From: Bdellovibrionales bacterium
GTDB taxonomy: Bacteria > Bdellovibrionota > Bdellovibrionia > Bdellovibrionales > UBA1609
Direction: 5' to 3'
Length of the DNA stretch: 64,000 nt
Assembly: GCA_041690295.1 (NCBI GenBank)
Contig: JAWLHR010000002.1
Location: 187,416 to 251,415 of the forward strand
A program made the position numbers and the translations under genes. Of the stretch, positions 26,135 to 36,939 are shown in pieces (positions within the stretch are counted from its first letter, which is position 1; each line of letters opens with the position of its first letter). The notes beneath the pieces were generated by a model, which worked only from the letters and a program-made list of their open reading frames with translations, was not told the DNA's origin and did not search any database.

Positions 26135-26686
26135 ATGGCGATGAAGATCCAACTTCAAGAAAAGTATAAGAAAGAGTTGGTTCCGGCGCTGATGAAAGAG
26201 CTTGGATTGAAAAATCCGATGCAAGTGCCGAACATCAAGAAAATCGTGGTGAATCTTTCCACCGCCGAAGCGGTGAAGAATCCCAAGGTTTTGAACAACG
26301 CCGTTGACGAGCTGACCGCCATCACCGGTCAGAAAGCGGTCATCACGAAAGCGAAGAAGTCCATCTCGAACTTCAAACTTCGTGAAGGGATGCCGATCGG
26401 CGCGATGGTGACATTGAGAAAAGAGCGCATGTGGGCTTTTCTTGAGCGCTTGATCCACATTTCTCTTCCGCGTGTGCGTGACTTCCGTGGTGTTTCGTCC
26501 CGTGGTTTTGACGGCCGTGGAAACTTCAACATGGGACTTAAAGAGCAGATTATTTTCCCGGAGATCGATTACGACAAAGTCGATCTGGTGCGGGGTATGA
26601 ACATCACAATCTGCACGTCGGCCGCGAATGACAATCAGGGACGGGCTTTGCTTGAAGCATTGGGCATGCCCTTCAGAAAGCGATAA
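26135..26686 (+). CDS. rplE: 50S ribosomal protein L5
   Basis: [27 protein letters not shown]; starts immediately after the rplN stop. Confidence 0.99.
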   Translation: MAMKIQLQEKYKKELVPALMKELGLKNPMQVPNIKKIVVNLSTAEAVKNPKVLNNAVDELTAITGQKAVITKAKKSISNFKLREGMPIGAMVTLRKERMWAFLERLIHISLPRVRDFRGVSSRGFDGRGNFNMGLKEQIIFPEIDYDKVDLVRGMNITICTSAANDNQGRALLEALGMPFRKR

Positions 26687-26701
26687 GAGGAAGTAGGTCG
26701 T

Positions 26702-27091
26702 ATGGATACTATCGGTGAATTTTTGACGAGAATTCGCAATGCCGGAGCCGCCCGCCATGAGAAGGTGGATATTCCCTCTTCAAATGTGCGCGTTGGCATC
26801 GCCAAGATTCTTTTGGATCAGGGTTACATCCGTTCCTTCAAAGTGGTCCGTGATGGCAAGCAAGGCGTGATGCGGGTTTATTTGAAATACAACGAAAAAG
26901 GCCGCCCGATCATCACGGGTATTCAACGTGTGAGCCGTCCGGGTCGCCGGGTTTATGTGAAATCGGACAAGATCCCTCTCGTTCGCGATGGATTCGGAAT
27001 CTCGATTCTGAGCACCAATCGCGGCGTGGTGGATGGCGAGACCGCTAAGCGCGAGAAGCTCGGCGGTGAACTCATTTGCAGTGTTTGGTAG
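26702..27091 (+). CDS. rpsH: 30S ribosomal protein S8
   Basis: LTRIRNA, SRPGRRVY, ILSTNRG, GGELIC. Confidence 0.98.
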   Translation: MDTIGEFLTRIRNAGAARHEKVDIPSSNVRVGIAKILLDQGYIRSFKVVRDGKQGVMRVYLKYNEKGRPIITGIQRVSRPGRRVYVKSDKIPLVRDGFGISILSTNRGVVDGETAKREKLGGELICSVW

Positions 27092-27098
27092 GTGAAGC

Positions 27099-27641
27099 AT
27101 GTCACGGATAGGAAAATCTCCGGTATTTTTTGACAAGGCCGTTCAGGTCTCGGTCACACCTAAAAACGAAGTGGTCGTTAAGGGCGCGAAACACACCATG
27201 ACCGTTCCCATGCGGCCGGAAATCACCGCGAAAGTTGAGGATGGCAAGGTTATCCTCACTCGCAAAGGAAACGAACCGAGCGTCCGTGCCTATCACGGGC
27301 TGTATCGGTCTTTGATTCAAAACGCGGTGACCGGAGTCTCCAAAGGTTGGACGCGCGAGCTTGAATTGAACGGCGTGGGCTTTCGGGCCGCGGTGAGCGG
27401 CAAAAAACTGGAGCTCACTTTGGGCTTCAGCCACCCGGTGGTCTACATGATTCCCGATGGAATCGAGATCAAGGTGGATAAGCAAACCCGTATTTCGGTG
27501 AGCGGCCCCAGCCGTGAGCAGGTGGGACAAGTGGCGGCCAAAATCCGCAGCTTCCGTCCGCCGGAGCCCTATCTTGGTAAAGGTGTTAAGTACGTTGATG
27601 AAGTGATTCGTCGTAAAGCCGGTAAATCGGCTGCGAAGTAA
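27099..27641 (+). CDS. rplF: 50S ribosomal protein L6
   Basis: MSRIGK, LGFSHP, RPPEPYLGKG. Confidence 0.98.
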   Translation: MSRIGKSPVFFDKAVQVSVTPKNEVVVKGAKHTMTVPMRPEITAKVEDGKVILTRKGNEPSVRAYHGLYRSLIQNAVTGVSKGWTRELELNGVGFRAAVSGKKLELTLGFSHPVVYMIPDGIEIKVDKQTRISVSGPSREQVGQVAAKIRSFRPPEPYLGKGVKYVDEVIRRKAGKSAAK

Positions 27642-27654
27642 GGTCAGGTGAGAC

Positions 27655-28026
27655 GTGATTCGGATTAAATTAAAAAACAAAACATCGTCCAAGGTGACCA
27701 AGAGACTGAAAAACAAGGCGCGCATCCGCAAAAAAGTGGATGGCACCATGGAACGCCCGCGATTGTGCGTGTTCCGTTCGGGACGTCATATTTACGCTCA
27801 GGTGATTGATGACAGCACCGGACGCACGATGGTGGCCTATTCGACTTTGGAAGGCGATTTGAAAAAGAAAAACATCGAAGCCGCCAAACAGGTGGGAGCC
27901 GAAATCGCGAAACGAGCTTTGAGCAAAAATATTAAACAAGTGGTTTTTGATCGCAGCGGCTATGTGTTTCATGGTCGAATCAAGGCCGTCGCTGACGGCG
28001 CCCGCGAAGCGGGATTGAGCTTCTAA
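27655..28026 (+). CDS. rplR: 50S ribosomal protein L18
   Basis: [30 protein letters not shown]. Confidence 0.98.
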   Translation: MIRIKLKNKTSSKVTKRLKNKARIRKKVDGTMERPRLCVFRSGRHIYAQVIDDSTGRTMVAYSTLEGDLKKKNIEAAKQVGAEIAKRALSKNIKQVVFDRSGYVFHGRIKAVADGAREAGLSF

Positions 28027-28033
28027 AGGAGCA

Positions 28034-28507
28034 ATGCAAGTGGACAATATCCAGGGTGAATTGCAGGAAAGAGTGGTGGCCATCAATCGCGTGGCCAAAG
28101 TCGTCAAGGGTGGTCGACGGTTTTCATTTTCCGCTTTGGTTGTCGCGGGGTCAGGCCAAGGTGAAGTGGGTTTCGGCACAGGTAAAGCCGGCGAGGTTCC
28201 CGAAGCTATCGGTAAGGCGGGACGGATCGCGAAGAAATCCATGCGTAAGATGGTTCTCAAAGAGAACCGCACGATTCCCCACCAGGTGATCGGCCGTTTC
28301 GGCGCCGCTAAAGTGATTATGATCCCCGCCTCTCCGGGAACGGGAGTTATCGCGGGCGGTCCCGTGCGAGCCGTCTTGGAAGCCGTGGGGATTAAGGATA
28401 TTTTAACCAAATGCGTGGGCACCACCAATCCCCACAACGCGGTTCGGGCGACAATGGATGGTCTCAGCCAGTTGATCGATCAGCGCCCGACAAAAGCGGC
28501 AGAGTGA
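28034..28507 (+). CDS. rpsE: 30S ribosomal protein S5
   Basis: [22 protein letters not shown]. Confidence 0.98.
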   Translation: MQVDNIQGELQERVVAINRVAKVVKGGRRFSFSALVVAGSGQGEVGFGTGKAGEVPEAIGKAGRIAKKSMRKMVLKENRTIPHQVIGRFGAAKVIMIPASPGTGVIAGGPVRAVLEAVGIKDILTKCVGTTNPHNAVRATMDGLSQLIDQRPTKAAE

Positions 28508-28522
28508 ATCTGAGGTAGTGAT

Positions 28523-28708
28523 ATGGCGAAAAGTTTTAGAGTCACATTGAAACGCGGATTGATCGGCACCACGAAAGATCAGCAGGATGCGGCCCGCTGC
28601 TTGGGGCTGCGCCGCCGTCATGACACCAAAGTTGTGGCGGATAATCCGGCCAATCGCGGTCAAATTTTCAAGATCCAGCACTTGGTCGATGTGCAAGTGG
28701 AGAAATAA
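28523..28708 (+). CDS. rpmD: 50S ribosomal protein L30
   Basis: VTLKRGLIG, LGLRR, HLV; position. Confidence 0.95.
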   Translation: MAKSFRVTLKRGLIGTTKDQQDAARCLGLRRRHDTKVVADNPANRGQIFKIQHLVDVQVEK

Positions 28709-28710
28709 TC

Positions 28711-29148
28711 ATGAGCGCTCTGTCTAGCTTAAAAAAATTCCCGGGCTCAACACACAATTCAAAAGCTTTGGGTCGTGGCCGTGGCTCCGGAAAGGGCGGA
28801 ACATCCACTAAAGGCGGCAAAGGGCAGAAGGCGCGCAAAGGCGCACCCATTCGCCGCGGCTTCGAAGGCGGACAAACGCCTTTGATTCGTCGTATGCCGA
28901 AGGTGGGATTTAGTAATCGAGTTTTCGCCAACAGGTACGAAATCCTCAATCTCGAGCAACTTTCCAAATTCACAGGAACCGTGGGGCCGGAAGAGCTGGT
29001 GAAAGCCGGTCTGGTCCCGGCAGATTCGCGGATCAAGGTTCTCGGACGTGGCGAGGCCCCGAAGGGCTTAACCGTGCGGGCTCACAAGTTCAGCGAAAGT
29101 GCGAAAGCCGCGCTTGAAAAGGCCGGAGGAAAAGTAGAGGTCATTTAA
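28711..29148 (+). CDS. rplO: 50S ribosomal protein L15
   Basis: GRGRGSGKG, GFEGGQTPL, KVLGRG. Confidence 0.98.
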   Translation: MSALSSLKKFPGSTHNSKALGRGRGSGKGGTSTKGGKGQKARKGAPIRRGFEGGQTPLIRRMPKVGFSNRVFANRYEILNLEQLSKFTGTVGPEELVKAGLVPADSRIKVLGRGEAPKGLTVRAHKFSESAKAALEKAGGKVEVI

Positions 29149-30470
29149 TGGCAGCACCCGGATTCAGCATCCCAGAGGAACTACGCAAACGGATTTTCTT
29201 CACATTAGGCATTTTGGCGATTTACCGACTGGGCGTGCACGTTCCGGTCCCTGGAGTTGACGCGGCCGTCATGCTCCAGTTCTTCCAGGCGCAATCGGGC
29301 AGTATCTTCGGGTTGTTCAACACCTTTACCGGTGGAGCGCTCGAGCGATTCAGCGTTTTCGCTCTGGGGATTATGCCCTACATCTCGGCGTCCATTATCT
29401 TCCAGCTGCTTCAATCGGCGGTGCCGTACTTGGAGCAACTTAAAAAAGAAGGCGAGCCGGGACGAAAAAAAATCAATCAATACACACGATACGCAACGAT
29501 CGTTTTGGCGATCGTACAAGGCTGGGCCATGGCCTCCTATCTGGCCAATGCCGATCACCAGGGTCAGCCTCTTGTGGTGAATCGTTCCTTCGGCCCGGGA
29601 TTGAGCTTCCACTTAGTCACCGTGCTCACGCTCGTCGCGGGAACTTGCTTTGTGATGTGGCTCGGTGAGCAGATCACTGAACGCGGAATCGGCAATGGAT
29701 CCAGCTTGATCATTTTCACCGGTATCGCCGCGGGACTTCCGAGTGGTGCGATTCAGCTCTGGCAATTGGTGGACTCCGGTGAGATCAACGGTTTGGTGGC
29801 CATGTTGCTTTTGGCGTTCATGGTCGTGGTCATCGGTATCATCGTGTTTTTGGAGGTCGGGCAGCGCCGGATTCCCATTCAATACTCGCAGCGGGCAGCG
29901 ACCCGCGAAGGTATGTCGCAGGCTCAGTCGTCCCATTTGCCGTTGAAAATTAATTTCGCCAACGTGATCCCGCCGATCTTCGCGAGCTCATTGTTGATGT
30001 TTCCGGCGACGATGACTCAGTTCGTGCAGAATCCGACGCTGCAAGCCCTGAGTTCAGCGTTGAATCCGGGGGCGACTCTTTACAACGTGCTTTTCGTCGC
30101 GCTCATCGTCTTCTTCTGCTTCTTCTATACGGAGATCGTGTTTAATCCGAACGAAGTGGCTGATAACCTGAAGAAGTACGGTGGTTTTATTCCAGGCATT
30201 CGGGCGGGAAAGAGCACCGCTGACTATATTAAGAAAGTTTTGGATCGTTTGACCGTTTCTGGTGCGATCTACCTCAGCGTGATTTGCGTGATTCCCACTT
30301 TGTTGATCAATCAGTTCAAAGTGCCGTTTTATTTCGGTGGTACGAGCCTTTTGATTCTTGTGGGTGTGGCTCTGGATACAGCCCAGCAGATCCAATCTCA
30401 TCTTCTGACGGCTCGTTATGAAGGCATGCTTAAGGGCGTTAGGCTCCGCAGCCGGAGGATTCAATATTGA
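29148..30470 (+). CDS. secY: Preprotein translocase subunit SecY
   Basis: [44 protein letters not shown]. Confidence 0.99.
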   Translation: MAAPGFSIPEELRKRIFFTLGILAIYRLGVHVPVPGVDAAVMLQFFQAQSGSIFGLFNTFTGGALERFSVFALGIMPYISASIIFQLLQSAVPYLEQLKKEGEPGRKKINQYTRYATIVLAIVQGWAMASYLANADHQGQPLVVNRSFGPGLSFHLVTVLTLVAGTCFVMWLGEQITERGIGNGSSLIIFTGIAAGLPSGAIQLWQLVDSGEINGLVAMLLLAFMVVVIGIIVFLEVGQRRIPIQYSQRAATREGMSQAQSSHLPLKINFANVIPPIFASSLLMFPATMTQFVQNPTLQALSSALNPGATLYNVLFVALIVFFCFFYTEIVFNPNEVADNLKKYGGFIPGIRAGKSTADYIKKVLDRLTVSGAIYLSVICVIPTLLINQFKVPFYFGGTSLLILVGVALDTAQQIQSHLLTARYEGMLKGVRLRSRRIQY

Positions 30471-31117
30471 ACCTCATATTTTTTGGACCGCCAGGTGCGG
30501 GAAAAGGGACCCAGTCGCAGCTTTTGATTGAGCGCTTAAAAATGCGCCATCTGAGCACCGGGGACCTTTTTCGCGCGGCCATTAAGAACGAAACTCCGCT
30601 TGGCCGTGAAGCCAAAGGTTATTTGGATGCCGGGAAGCTGGTTCCGGATTCGGTGACCATCGGTCTCGTTGAGGAAGAACTCGGCAAACTGAGCGGCCAG
30701 AGCTTCATTCTGGACGGGTTTCCACGGAACGTGGCCCAGGCGGATGCACTGGAAGAGCTTTTGAAACGCATGAACTTGCGGATCGATAAGGTCGTCTTTT
30801 TGGAAGTTCCTATGGAGCTTCTTTTAGGGCGGCTGACCGGACGGCGGGTATGTAAAAACTGCGGTGCTGTCTACCACGTCGAAAGCAAACCTCCCCGCAA
30901 GGAAGGGGTTTGCGATGTGTGTGGCGGCCCCGTGATTCAGCGGCCGGACGACAAGGCCGAGGTGATTCGTACCCGGCTTGAGGCCTACGAGCAGAGCACG
31001 CGTCCCCTGAAGGACTACTACAAGAACAAGGGGAACTACGTGGAGATTGACGGCGTGGGCACGACTGAAGAGGTTTTTGAAAGGCTGACAAAGGCCTTGC
31101 AAGTCAAGGCTCATTGA
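30467..31117 (+). CDS. adk: Adenylate kinase (Zn-lid type)
   Basis: [15 protein letters not shown], lid CKNC...CDVC; TTG start. Confidence 0.98.
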   Translation: MNLIFFGPPGAGKGTQSQLLIERLKMRHLSTGDLFRAAIKNETPLGREAKGYLDAGKLVPDSVTIGLVEEELGKLSGQSFILDGFPRNVAQADALEELLKRMNLRIDKVVFLEVPMELLLGRLTGRRVCKNCGAVYHVESKPPRKEGVCDVCGGPVIQRPDDKAEVIRTRLEAYEQSTRPLKDYYKNKGNYVEIDGVGTTEEVFERLTKALQVKAH

Positions 31118-31182
31118 GTTAGCGTCCCGCTTTTGGTCTGAAGAAGTGGGATATTGGGTCCCTGGGATAGACTGGAGTTTAT

Positions 31183-31296
31183 ATGAAAGTCAGAGCTTCC
31201 GTTAAACGCATTTGCAATAAATGTAAGGTCATTCGCCGTCGCGGCGTTCTGCGCGTGATCTGCGAAAATAAAAAACACAAACAGCGACAAGGATAA
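31183..31296 (+). CDS. rpmJ: 50S ribosomal protein L36 (Zn-binding C+ form); below the ORF-track size cut-off
   Basis: Manual translation [43 protein letters not shown]. Confidence 0.97.
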   Translation: MKVRASVKRICNKCKVIRRRGVLRVICENKKHKQRQG

Positions 31297-31302
31297 TCGA
31301 AG

Positions 31303-31677
31303 ATGGCTCGTATTGCGGGCGTAGACTTGCCCAGAAACAAACGAATCGAAGTGGCTCTTCAATATATCTACGGGATCGGAAAGACCCGGGCTGCGATGAT
31401 CGTGAAGGAAACCGGATTCTCACCGACTCTCCGGACCGACGATCTGACCGACGAAAACATCGCGCAACTTCGCGCGGTGATCGAGCGGAACTTCAAAGTT
31501 GAAGGTGATTTGCGGCGGGAAGTCGGTTTGTCGATCAAGCGCTTAATGGACCTAGGATGTTATCGCGGCCTTCGCCACAAAAAAGGTTTGCCGGTTCGCG
31601 GTCAGAGAACGCGTTCGAACGCGCGTACACGAAAAGGTCCTCGTAAAACAATCGCGAACAAGAAAAAAGCAGTTTAA
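31303..31677 (+). CDS. rpsM: 30S ribosomal protein S13
   Basis: [25 protein letters not shown]. Confidence 0.99.
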   Translation: MARIAGVDLPRNKRIEVALQYIYGIGKTRAAMIVKETGFSPTLRTDDLTDENIAQLRAVIERNFKVEGDLRREVGLSIKRLMDLGCYRGLRHKKGLPVRGQRTRSNARTRKGPRKTIANKKKAV

Positions 31678-31690
31678 GGAGTGAGTGGGA

Positions 31691-32098
31691 ATGGCTGACG
31701 CAAAAACCACCGACGATAAGCCCAAGGCATCGAAAAAGAAAATTAAGCGCAATGTTCCGATTGGCCGTTGTTTCATTCAGTCCGGTTTCGGCAATACGAT
31801 TGTGACCTTCACCGACCTCAACGGCAACGCCGTTTGCTGGTCGAGCGCGGGCATGTTGGGTTTCAAGGGAAGCCGTAAAGGAACTCCCTTCGCCGCCCAA
31901 GTCGCCGCCGAAGACGCCGGTAAGAAAGCTCTTGAAGCTGGAATGAAAACAATTGACGTGGTCGTTCGCGGACCGGGCGCGGGTCGTGAACCCGCCATTC
32001 GTGCGTTGGCGTCGCTTGGTTTCCGAGTGACCGCCCTTCGCGATTTGACTCCGGTTCCGCACAACGGATGCCGGCCGCCGAAACGTAGACGCATCTAA
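31691..32098 (+). CDS. rpsK: 30S ribosomal protein S11
   Basis: [36 protein letters not shown]. Confidence 0.99.
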   Translation: MADAKTTDDKPKASKKKIKRNVPIGRCFIQSGFGNTIVTFTDLNGNAVCWSSAGMLGFKGSRKGTPFAAQVAAEDAGKKALEAGMKTIDVVVRGPGAGREPAIRALASLGFRVTALRDLTPVPHNGCRPPKRRRI

Positions 32099-32129
32099 TT
32101 TTTTGAACGGGAATTGAACGGGAGTAAGA

Positions 32130-33242
32130 ATGGGACAATTGAACATGCAACCGCATTATTACAAATTTTGGCGCGAACTCATTAAACCGAAAGGTTTTGA
32201 GGTCGAGCGTGAGACTCTCACCTCGCGCTATGGAAAGTTCCACGTTCGCCCGCTCGAGCGCGGATTCGGAGTGACTCTCGGAAACTCTCTGCGCCGGGTG
32301 CTCCTGAGCTCGATGATGGGCTCCGCGGTTTCGGCCGTGAAATTTGAAGGTGTGTTGCACGAGTTCAGCACGATTCCGGACGTTCTCGAAGACGTGACGG
32401 ATATCATTTTGAACTTGAAAGAAGTCCGTTTCCGTCAGCACGATCCCGAAACCAAAACTTTGCGCATTTCCAAAACCGGACCGGGCAAAGTGACGGCCGC
32501 TGACATTCAGTTGATCGACGGCATTGAAGTTTTGAATCCGGATCAGCACATCGCCACTCTCGGCAAAGACGCCCGTTTCGAAGCTGAGCTGATCGTGACT
32601 TTCGGCCGCGGTTACGTGGAAGCCGAAGGCCGCTCCAAAGATCTGCCGGTCGGTTACATCGCCGTGGACTCTTTGCACAGCCCGATTCGCCGGGTGAACT
32701 ATGTGGTGAACGCGGCTCGCGTGGGTCAGCGTACCGACTACGATGCTTTGACTTTGGAAGTTTGGACGGACGGTTCTTTGAAACCGGAAGAGTCCGTGGC
32801 TTTGGGTTCGAAGATCTTGAAAGAGCAACTTCAGATCTTCTTAACCTTCGACGAAAACATGGAGCCAGTGGCGGAAGAAGAAGAAACACGTTCTCCGCAA
32901 TTCAACGAAAACCTGTTCCGCTCTGTGGATGATCTTGAACTTTCGGTTCGTTCAGCGAACTGCTTGAAGAATGCCAATATCCGTTTCATCGGTGAATTGG
33001 TGAGCAAAACCGAAGCGGAAATGCTTAAGACCAAGAACTTTGGACGCAAGTCTTTGAATGAAATCAAAGAAATCCTGTCCAATATGGGATTGTCCTTGGG
33101 CATGAAAGTGGACGGATGGCCGCCTCCGGGATGGGATCCGAACAATCCGGTTAAACCGCAAGCTCCGACTGCCGCGCCTGGTGCCGTTGCACCCGCCGGT
33201 ACGCCGGGCACGGCCGTTCGCGGGAACGGTACACCTCAATAA
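32130..33242 (+). CDS. rpoA: DNA-directed RNA polymerase subunit alpha, with a Pro/Ala-rich C-terminal tail
   Basis: [40 protein letters not shown]; alternative start 32145. Confidence 0.99.
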   Translation: MGQLNMQPHYYKFWRELIKPKGFEVERETLTSRYGKFHVRPLERGFGVTLGNSLRRVLLSSMMGSAVSAVKFEGVLHEFSTIPDVLEDVTDIILNLKEVRFRQHDPETKTLRISKTGPGKVTAADIQLIDGIEVLNPDQHIATLGKDARFEAELIVTFGRGYVEAEGRSKDLPVGYIAVDSLHSPIRRVNYVVNAARVGQRTDYDALTLEVWTDGSLKPEESVALGSKILKEQLQIFLTFDENMEPVAEEEETRSPQFNENLFRSVDDLELSVRSANCLKNANIRFIGELVSKTEAEMLKTKNFGRKSLNEIKEILSNMGLSLGMKVDGWPPPGWDPNNPVKPQAPTAAPGAVAPAGTPGTAVRGNGTPQ

Positions 33243-33269
33243 TTTTTTGATCAGGCACGGAGTGGAGCC

Positions 33270-33770
33270 ATGAGACATAGAGCGAAAAGACATAACTTTC
33301 ATAGACGGCCGGGGCCGCGAGTCGCTTTGATTCGGGGGCTTGTCTATTCACTGGTTGAAAACGGCCGAATTAAGACCACTCTGGCGCGCGCTAAAGAAGT
33401 GCGTCGTCATGTGGAGCGGGCGGTGACCCTTGGAAAAGAGGGTTCGCTCCATGCTCGCCGTTTGCTCCTCTCCCGTTATCCCAATGACAATGTGGTTTCG
33501 ATTCTCTGTGGGGATTTGAAAAAGCGCATGGCTAAGCGTCCGGGCGGTTACACTCGCATTATCAAAATCGGCGCTCGGGCCGGCGATCAGGCGGATCTCG
33601 CTTTCTTGGAATTTGTTGATTATGAGCCGGCGAAAGCCTCGGGCGAAGAAACCGTTAAAGGTGATGCGGGAGCTGAACTTCGCGCTCGCCGTAGAGCTGT
33701 GGCCAAGGCCCGCGCCCGCAAACGCGTGAAGCGCCTTCAAGCTGAGTCACGCCGCGAAGCCCGCGCATAA
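33270..33770 (+). CDS. rplQ: 50S ribosomal protein L17 with basic C-terminal extension
   Basis: MRHR, IKTTLARAKE, RPGGYTRIIK. Confidence 0.98.
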   Translation: MRHRAKRHNFHRRPGPRVALIRGLVYSLVENGRIKTTLARAKEVRRHVERAVTLGKEGSLHARRLLLSRYPNDNVVSILCGDLKKRMAKRPGGYTRIIKIGARAGDQADLAFLEFVDYEPAKASGEETVKGDAGAELRARRRAVAKARARKRVKRLQAESRREARA

Positions 33771-33950
33771 TTTGCGCGGCGATCGGACTCGCAATGTTCG
33801 CGCGTGGTTTGTGCCAAAATCGCGCGAAGCTCGCACTCAATTTGTGGGGATAATGGCTCACGAAACTGGCGCTAAATTTTGCGGATCGCCCGCAACTTTC
33901 GCGCCAGAGTTATGCCAAGGTAGTGAAGGCTGTTCGTTAGAGAATTTAAA

Positions 33951-33987
33951 AAATAAAAAGGGACCCTGAAGCGGTCCCTTTTTATTT
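33951..33987. terminator. Bidirectional intrinsic terminator ending the alpha operon
   Basis: AAATAAAAAGGGACC-7 nt loop-GGTCCCTTTTTATTT. Confidence 0.85.
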
Positions 33988-34175
33988 CCCAAAAACCTTA
34001 ACGAAATTTGATGCACATTTACCAGTTACTTTGACGCCCCTTTACTTAGTCAGACTATGTGCAAAAGCGATACAGAAACTGATCGTGAGTGAAGCGAGGC
34101 CATTCACTTAGCCTGCGCCAGAGTGAGGGACGTAATTTCACATCATCTGCACCAATCCAGTGAAGGTCGCGACGC

Positions 34176-35282
34176 CTACACCAGTGCTATGATGCGCTTA
34201 AATACTGATGACATCTCGTACTCGGTGAGGGCCTTCTCACGGGCTTTTTGGCCGAGGGCGTGGCGGCGTTGGGGGTTCGATAAGAGAGTGAGCATGGACT
34301 CGGCCAGCGAGTCACTCGATTGCGGTTGGCAGAGCAGGCCGCAATCTCCGTAACTTAATATTTCCGGCGTTCCTCCCGAATCCGTGCCGATGCAGGGCAG
34401 GCCCGAGGCCATGGCTTCGAGCATGACGTTGGCGAAGTTTTCCTCATAAGAGGGCATGACGAAAACGTCCAATGCGTTCATCACGTCGGGGATGTCCGAG
34501 CGGAAATCGGTCAGGATCACCTGCGATCCGAGATTCAGCTCGGCGATGCGGGTCTTAACTTCGCGGTCGAACTCGGGTTCGCCACCGATGGTGTTGCCAC
34601 CAACCATCACGAACCGGGCTTGGGGATAAGAGCGTAGGACCTGAGCCGCGGCATTGACGAACTCCATCGAACCTTTCAAGCGGTCCAAACGGCCGATCAA
34701 TCCGAAGAGAACGTGCTCGGGGCTTACATTCCATTCGGCGCGGATATCATCGCGGCGATCGCGTGGCGAAAACCGTTTGGTGTCGACCCCGTTGGGAATC
34801 ACCACGAATCGATCAGCGGGAATGGGGAGAAGCCGCTCCAAATAGCTTTTTTGGATCTTGCTAAGAGTGATCATGGAATTCAGGCGCGAATACACCAGGC
34901 GGTGGCCGAAATCTTTTTTGGAGACATCCTTTACGAACATCCGCGCGAAAGCGATCAACTTGGTTTCGGGCAATCCGAAAAGAGCGGGTGTAATGAGCCA
35001 GATGTCGCGCGTGGAATGCATGAACACGGCCCGAGGTTTGATGGTTTCCAAAACTTTGTGGATCCGCCAGGTCGAGCGGGGAGAGAAATAATCGCGGGGG
35101 GTGAAGCTATGATGTGCGAGCCCTTGGGTTTTCAGCGCCTTTTCGATCGGTGAATCAGAGCGGCAAATGGCGGTTGAGTGAAATCCGGCCTCATGGAAAA
35201 GCCGGGTCATCTTGACGGTGGACATTTCCAAACCGCCCCACGCACCTGAGAAACAAATGTTAATAACGGATGGCTGCGCCAT
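34176..35282 (-). CDS. GT4-family glycosyltransferase
   Basis: GGLE, IPNGVD, GRLDRLKG, FVMPSYEENFANVMLEAMASG (EX7E). Confidence 0.92.
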   Translation of the reverse strand: MAQPSVINICFSGAWGGLEMSTVKMTRLFHEAGFHSTAICRSDSPIEKALKTQGLAHHSFTPRDYFSPRSTWRIHKVLETIKPRAVFMHSTRDIWLITPALFGLPETKLIAFARMFVKDVSKKDFGHRLVYSRLNSMITLSKIQKSYLERLLPIPADRFVVIPNGVDTKRFSPRDRRDDIRAEWNVSPEHVLFGLIGRLDRLKGSMEFVNAAAQVLRSYPQARFVMVGGNTIGGEPEFDREVKTRIAELNLGSQVILTDFRSDIPDVMNALDVFVMPSYEENFANVMLEAMASGLPCIGTDSGGTPEILSYGDCGLLCQPQSSDSLAESMLTLLSNPQRRHALGQKAREKALTEYEMSSVFKRIIALV

Positions 35283-35330
35283 TATGGTTAAATGTTTAAA
35301 TCGGTAAGCGCGGTATGTTAAGAGAAATAC

Positions 35331-35975
35331 ATGTGGAGCTTAAAAGGCCTCGGGGTCGTGATTGTCATCGCGGCGATCCTCGCCGTCCCGCTTTATAAAT
35401 ATTGGGAATTTCTAACCCAAGGAATGCGACCTCCCAAATCCACGCTGATCTTGAATGAACTTGAGAAAAACGGCGTGCCTGATTTCACTTTGCCCGATCT
35501 ACAAGATCGCCCGGTCGCTCTCAAGGACTTCAAAGGCAAGGTCACTTTGGTGAATATTTGGGCCACATGGTGCGCGCCATGCATCAAGGAGTTTCCGTCC
35601 CTCAAAGGGTTGGTCGAACATTTTAAGGGCGATCTGGTGGTGTTGGCGATCTCACAGGATAAAGACAAGGAAGATATCATCAGCTTTGTGCGCGCCTTCG
35701 GCGATCTCCCCGAGGGATTCGTCATCGTGTGGGATAAAGATAAATCCATGAATCAGATTTTTCATACCCAAGCGTTACCGGAAACCTACATTCTTTCCAC
35801 CGAACACAAGCTTCTGCGCAAAATCGCGGGCGAAACGATCTGGGACGATAAGATGGCGATCAGTTTCTTCAACACGCTCATCAACGGAACCAACATCAGT
35901 CCCCACGCTCCAATGGGCAGTGAAAATCCCCACGTAAAGACGCCTGAAAAATCCGAAGGCATTAAAACCCACTAA
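35331..35975 (+). CDS. Membrane-anchored TlpA/ResA-family thioredoxin-like protein
   Basis: N-terminal TM, PDFTL, NIWATWCAPC, LPETY. Confidence 0.9.
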   Translation: MWSLKGLGVVIVIAAILAVPLYKYWEFLTQGMRPPKSTLILNELEKNGVPDFTLPDLQDRPVALKDFKGKVTLVNIWATWCAPCIKEFPSLKGLVEHFKGDLVVLAISQDKDKEDIISFVRAFGDLPEGFVIVWDKDKSMNQIFHTQALPETYILSTEHKLLRKIAGETIWDDKMAISFFNTLINGTNISPHAPMGSENPHVKTPEKSEGIKTH

Positions 35976-36036
35976 AGCGTACAAGCCCGATGATTCTTAA
36001 CACCGTACATGCGTGATGAAATCATCGGGCTCATTA

Positions 36037-36888
36037 TCAAGCTTCGTCGGGGCCGACTTCGCGTTGAGCCGGAGCTTCCTTCGGGGCTGGTAAAGGCTTT
36101 TGATCGATTTCCGGAGCCGGCATGCCGAAGCCGTAGGGATTCGTGCTCGGTTTCATCGATTTGCAGGCCACCATTATGGCCACTGTGTCCATGACCCGGC
36201 CCGATCGGACCTCGGCTAAATCGGATGCGATAGAACCGTTAAATCCAAGGTTATACGTGTAATAGCCGAGCTTCAGCTTTTGTGAGCTGAACTTTTTGCT
36301 GAATTCATTGATCACATCGTCATACTTCGAAAGAATGGTGGCGCAAAGTTGCGCTTGGGCCAGATCACGGTCCAAGGAATGGGTCTCATCGAGTCGCGCG
36401 CAGAGGTCGCGATCATAGGTCACGAAGGTGTCGCTCTTTCGGCCTTTGTTTATTTTTACCGTCGTGCGATTGAGCGCAGTTAACGGATTAAACGCTTCCG
36501 AGTTGTAAGTGTAGGTTGTGACGGTGGGAGCTTTATTGAGATCGGATCCTTCGCCGATAATCAGTGAACTGATCTTGTTGCCGGTTTTCACGGTTCGCAT
36601 GGTGGTCGTCGTCACCTTCGGCTGGGGTTTGGTGGGATTGCTGTAATCAATCGCCGTCATTTGAAAGGTCACCAATTCGCCATCCTTAAGGGATTTCCGG
36701 GATTTTTCCGTGCATCCGGGAACGTTCGAGATGAAATCGAGTCGCCCTTGGGAATTCGGGTACACACATCCGGCGACCCCATACATCATGGCTCGGGCTT
36801 GCGGGATGATAAGGTTCGCGGTGAAAAAGAAGATGATTAATTTCACGACGCCTCCGATTTTTTGAGTGGAATAGATAATTGTGCGCAC
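36037..36888 (-). CDS. Hypothetical secreted protein (start uncertain)
   Basis: 283 aa ORF, signal-like segment ending QARA, several Cys, Pro-rich tail; no family recognised. Confidence 0.6.
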   Translation of the reverse strand: MRTIIYSTQKIGGVVKLIIFFFTANLIIPQARAMMYGVAGCVYPNSQGRLDFISNVPGCTEKSRKSLKDGELVTFQMTAIDYSNPTKPQPKVTTTTMRTVKTGNKISSLIIGEGSDLNKAPTVTTYTYNSEAFNPLTALNRTTVKINKGRKSDTFVTYDRDLCARLDETHSLDRDLAQAQLCATILSKYDDVINEFSKKFSSQKLKLGYYTYNLGFNGSIASDLAEVRSGRVMDTVAIMVACKSMKPSTNPYGFGMPAPEIDQKPLPAPKEAPAQREVGPDEA

Positions 36889-36939
36889 GACGGCGCCGTC
36901 GATTCAAGAGAAAGCCGCGTTGCGGTGAATATTCCGCAA

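Noticed and set aside
33772..33969. 65-aa ORF after rplQ
   Set aside because: TTG start without SD; runs through hairpins into the terminator
33990..34175. Possible promoter/sRNA (TTGACG at 34031) in the gap before the glycosyltransferase end
   Set aside because: No properly spaced -10 element and no terminator
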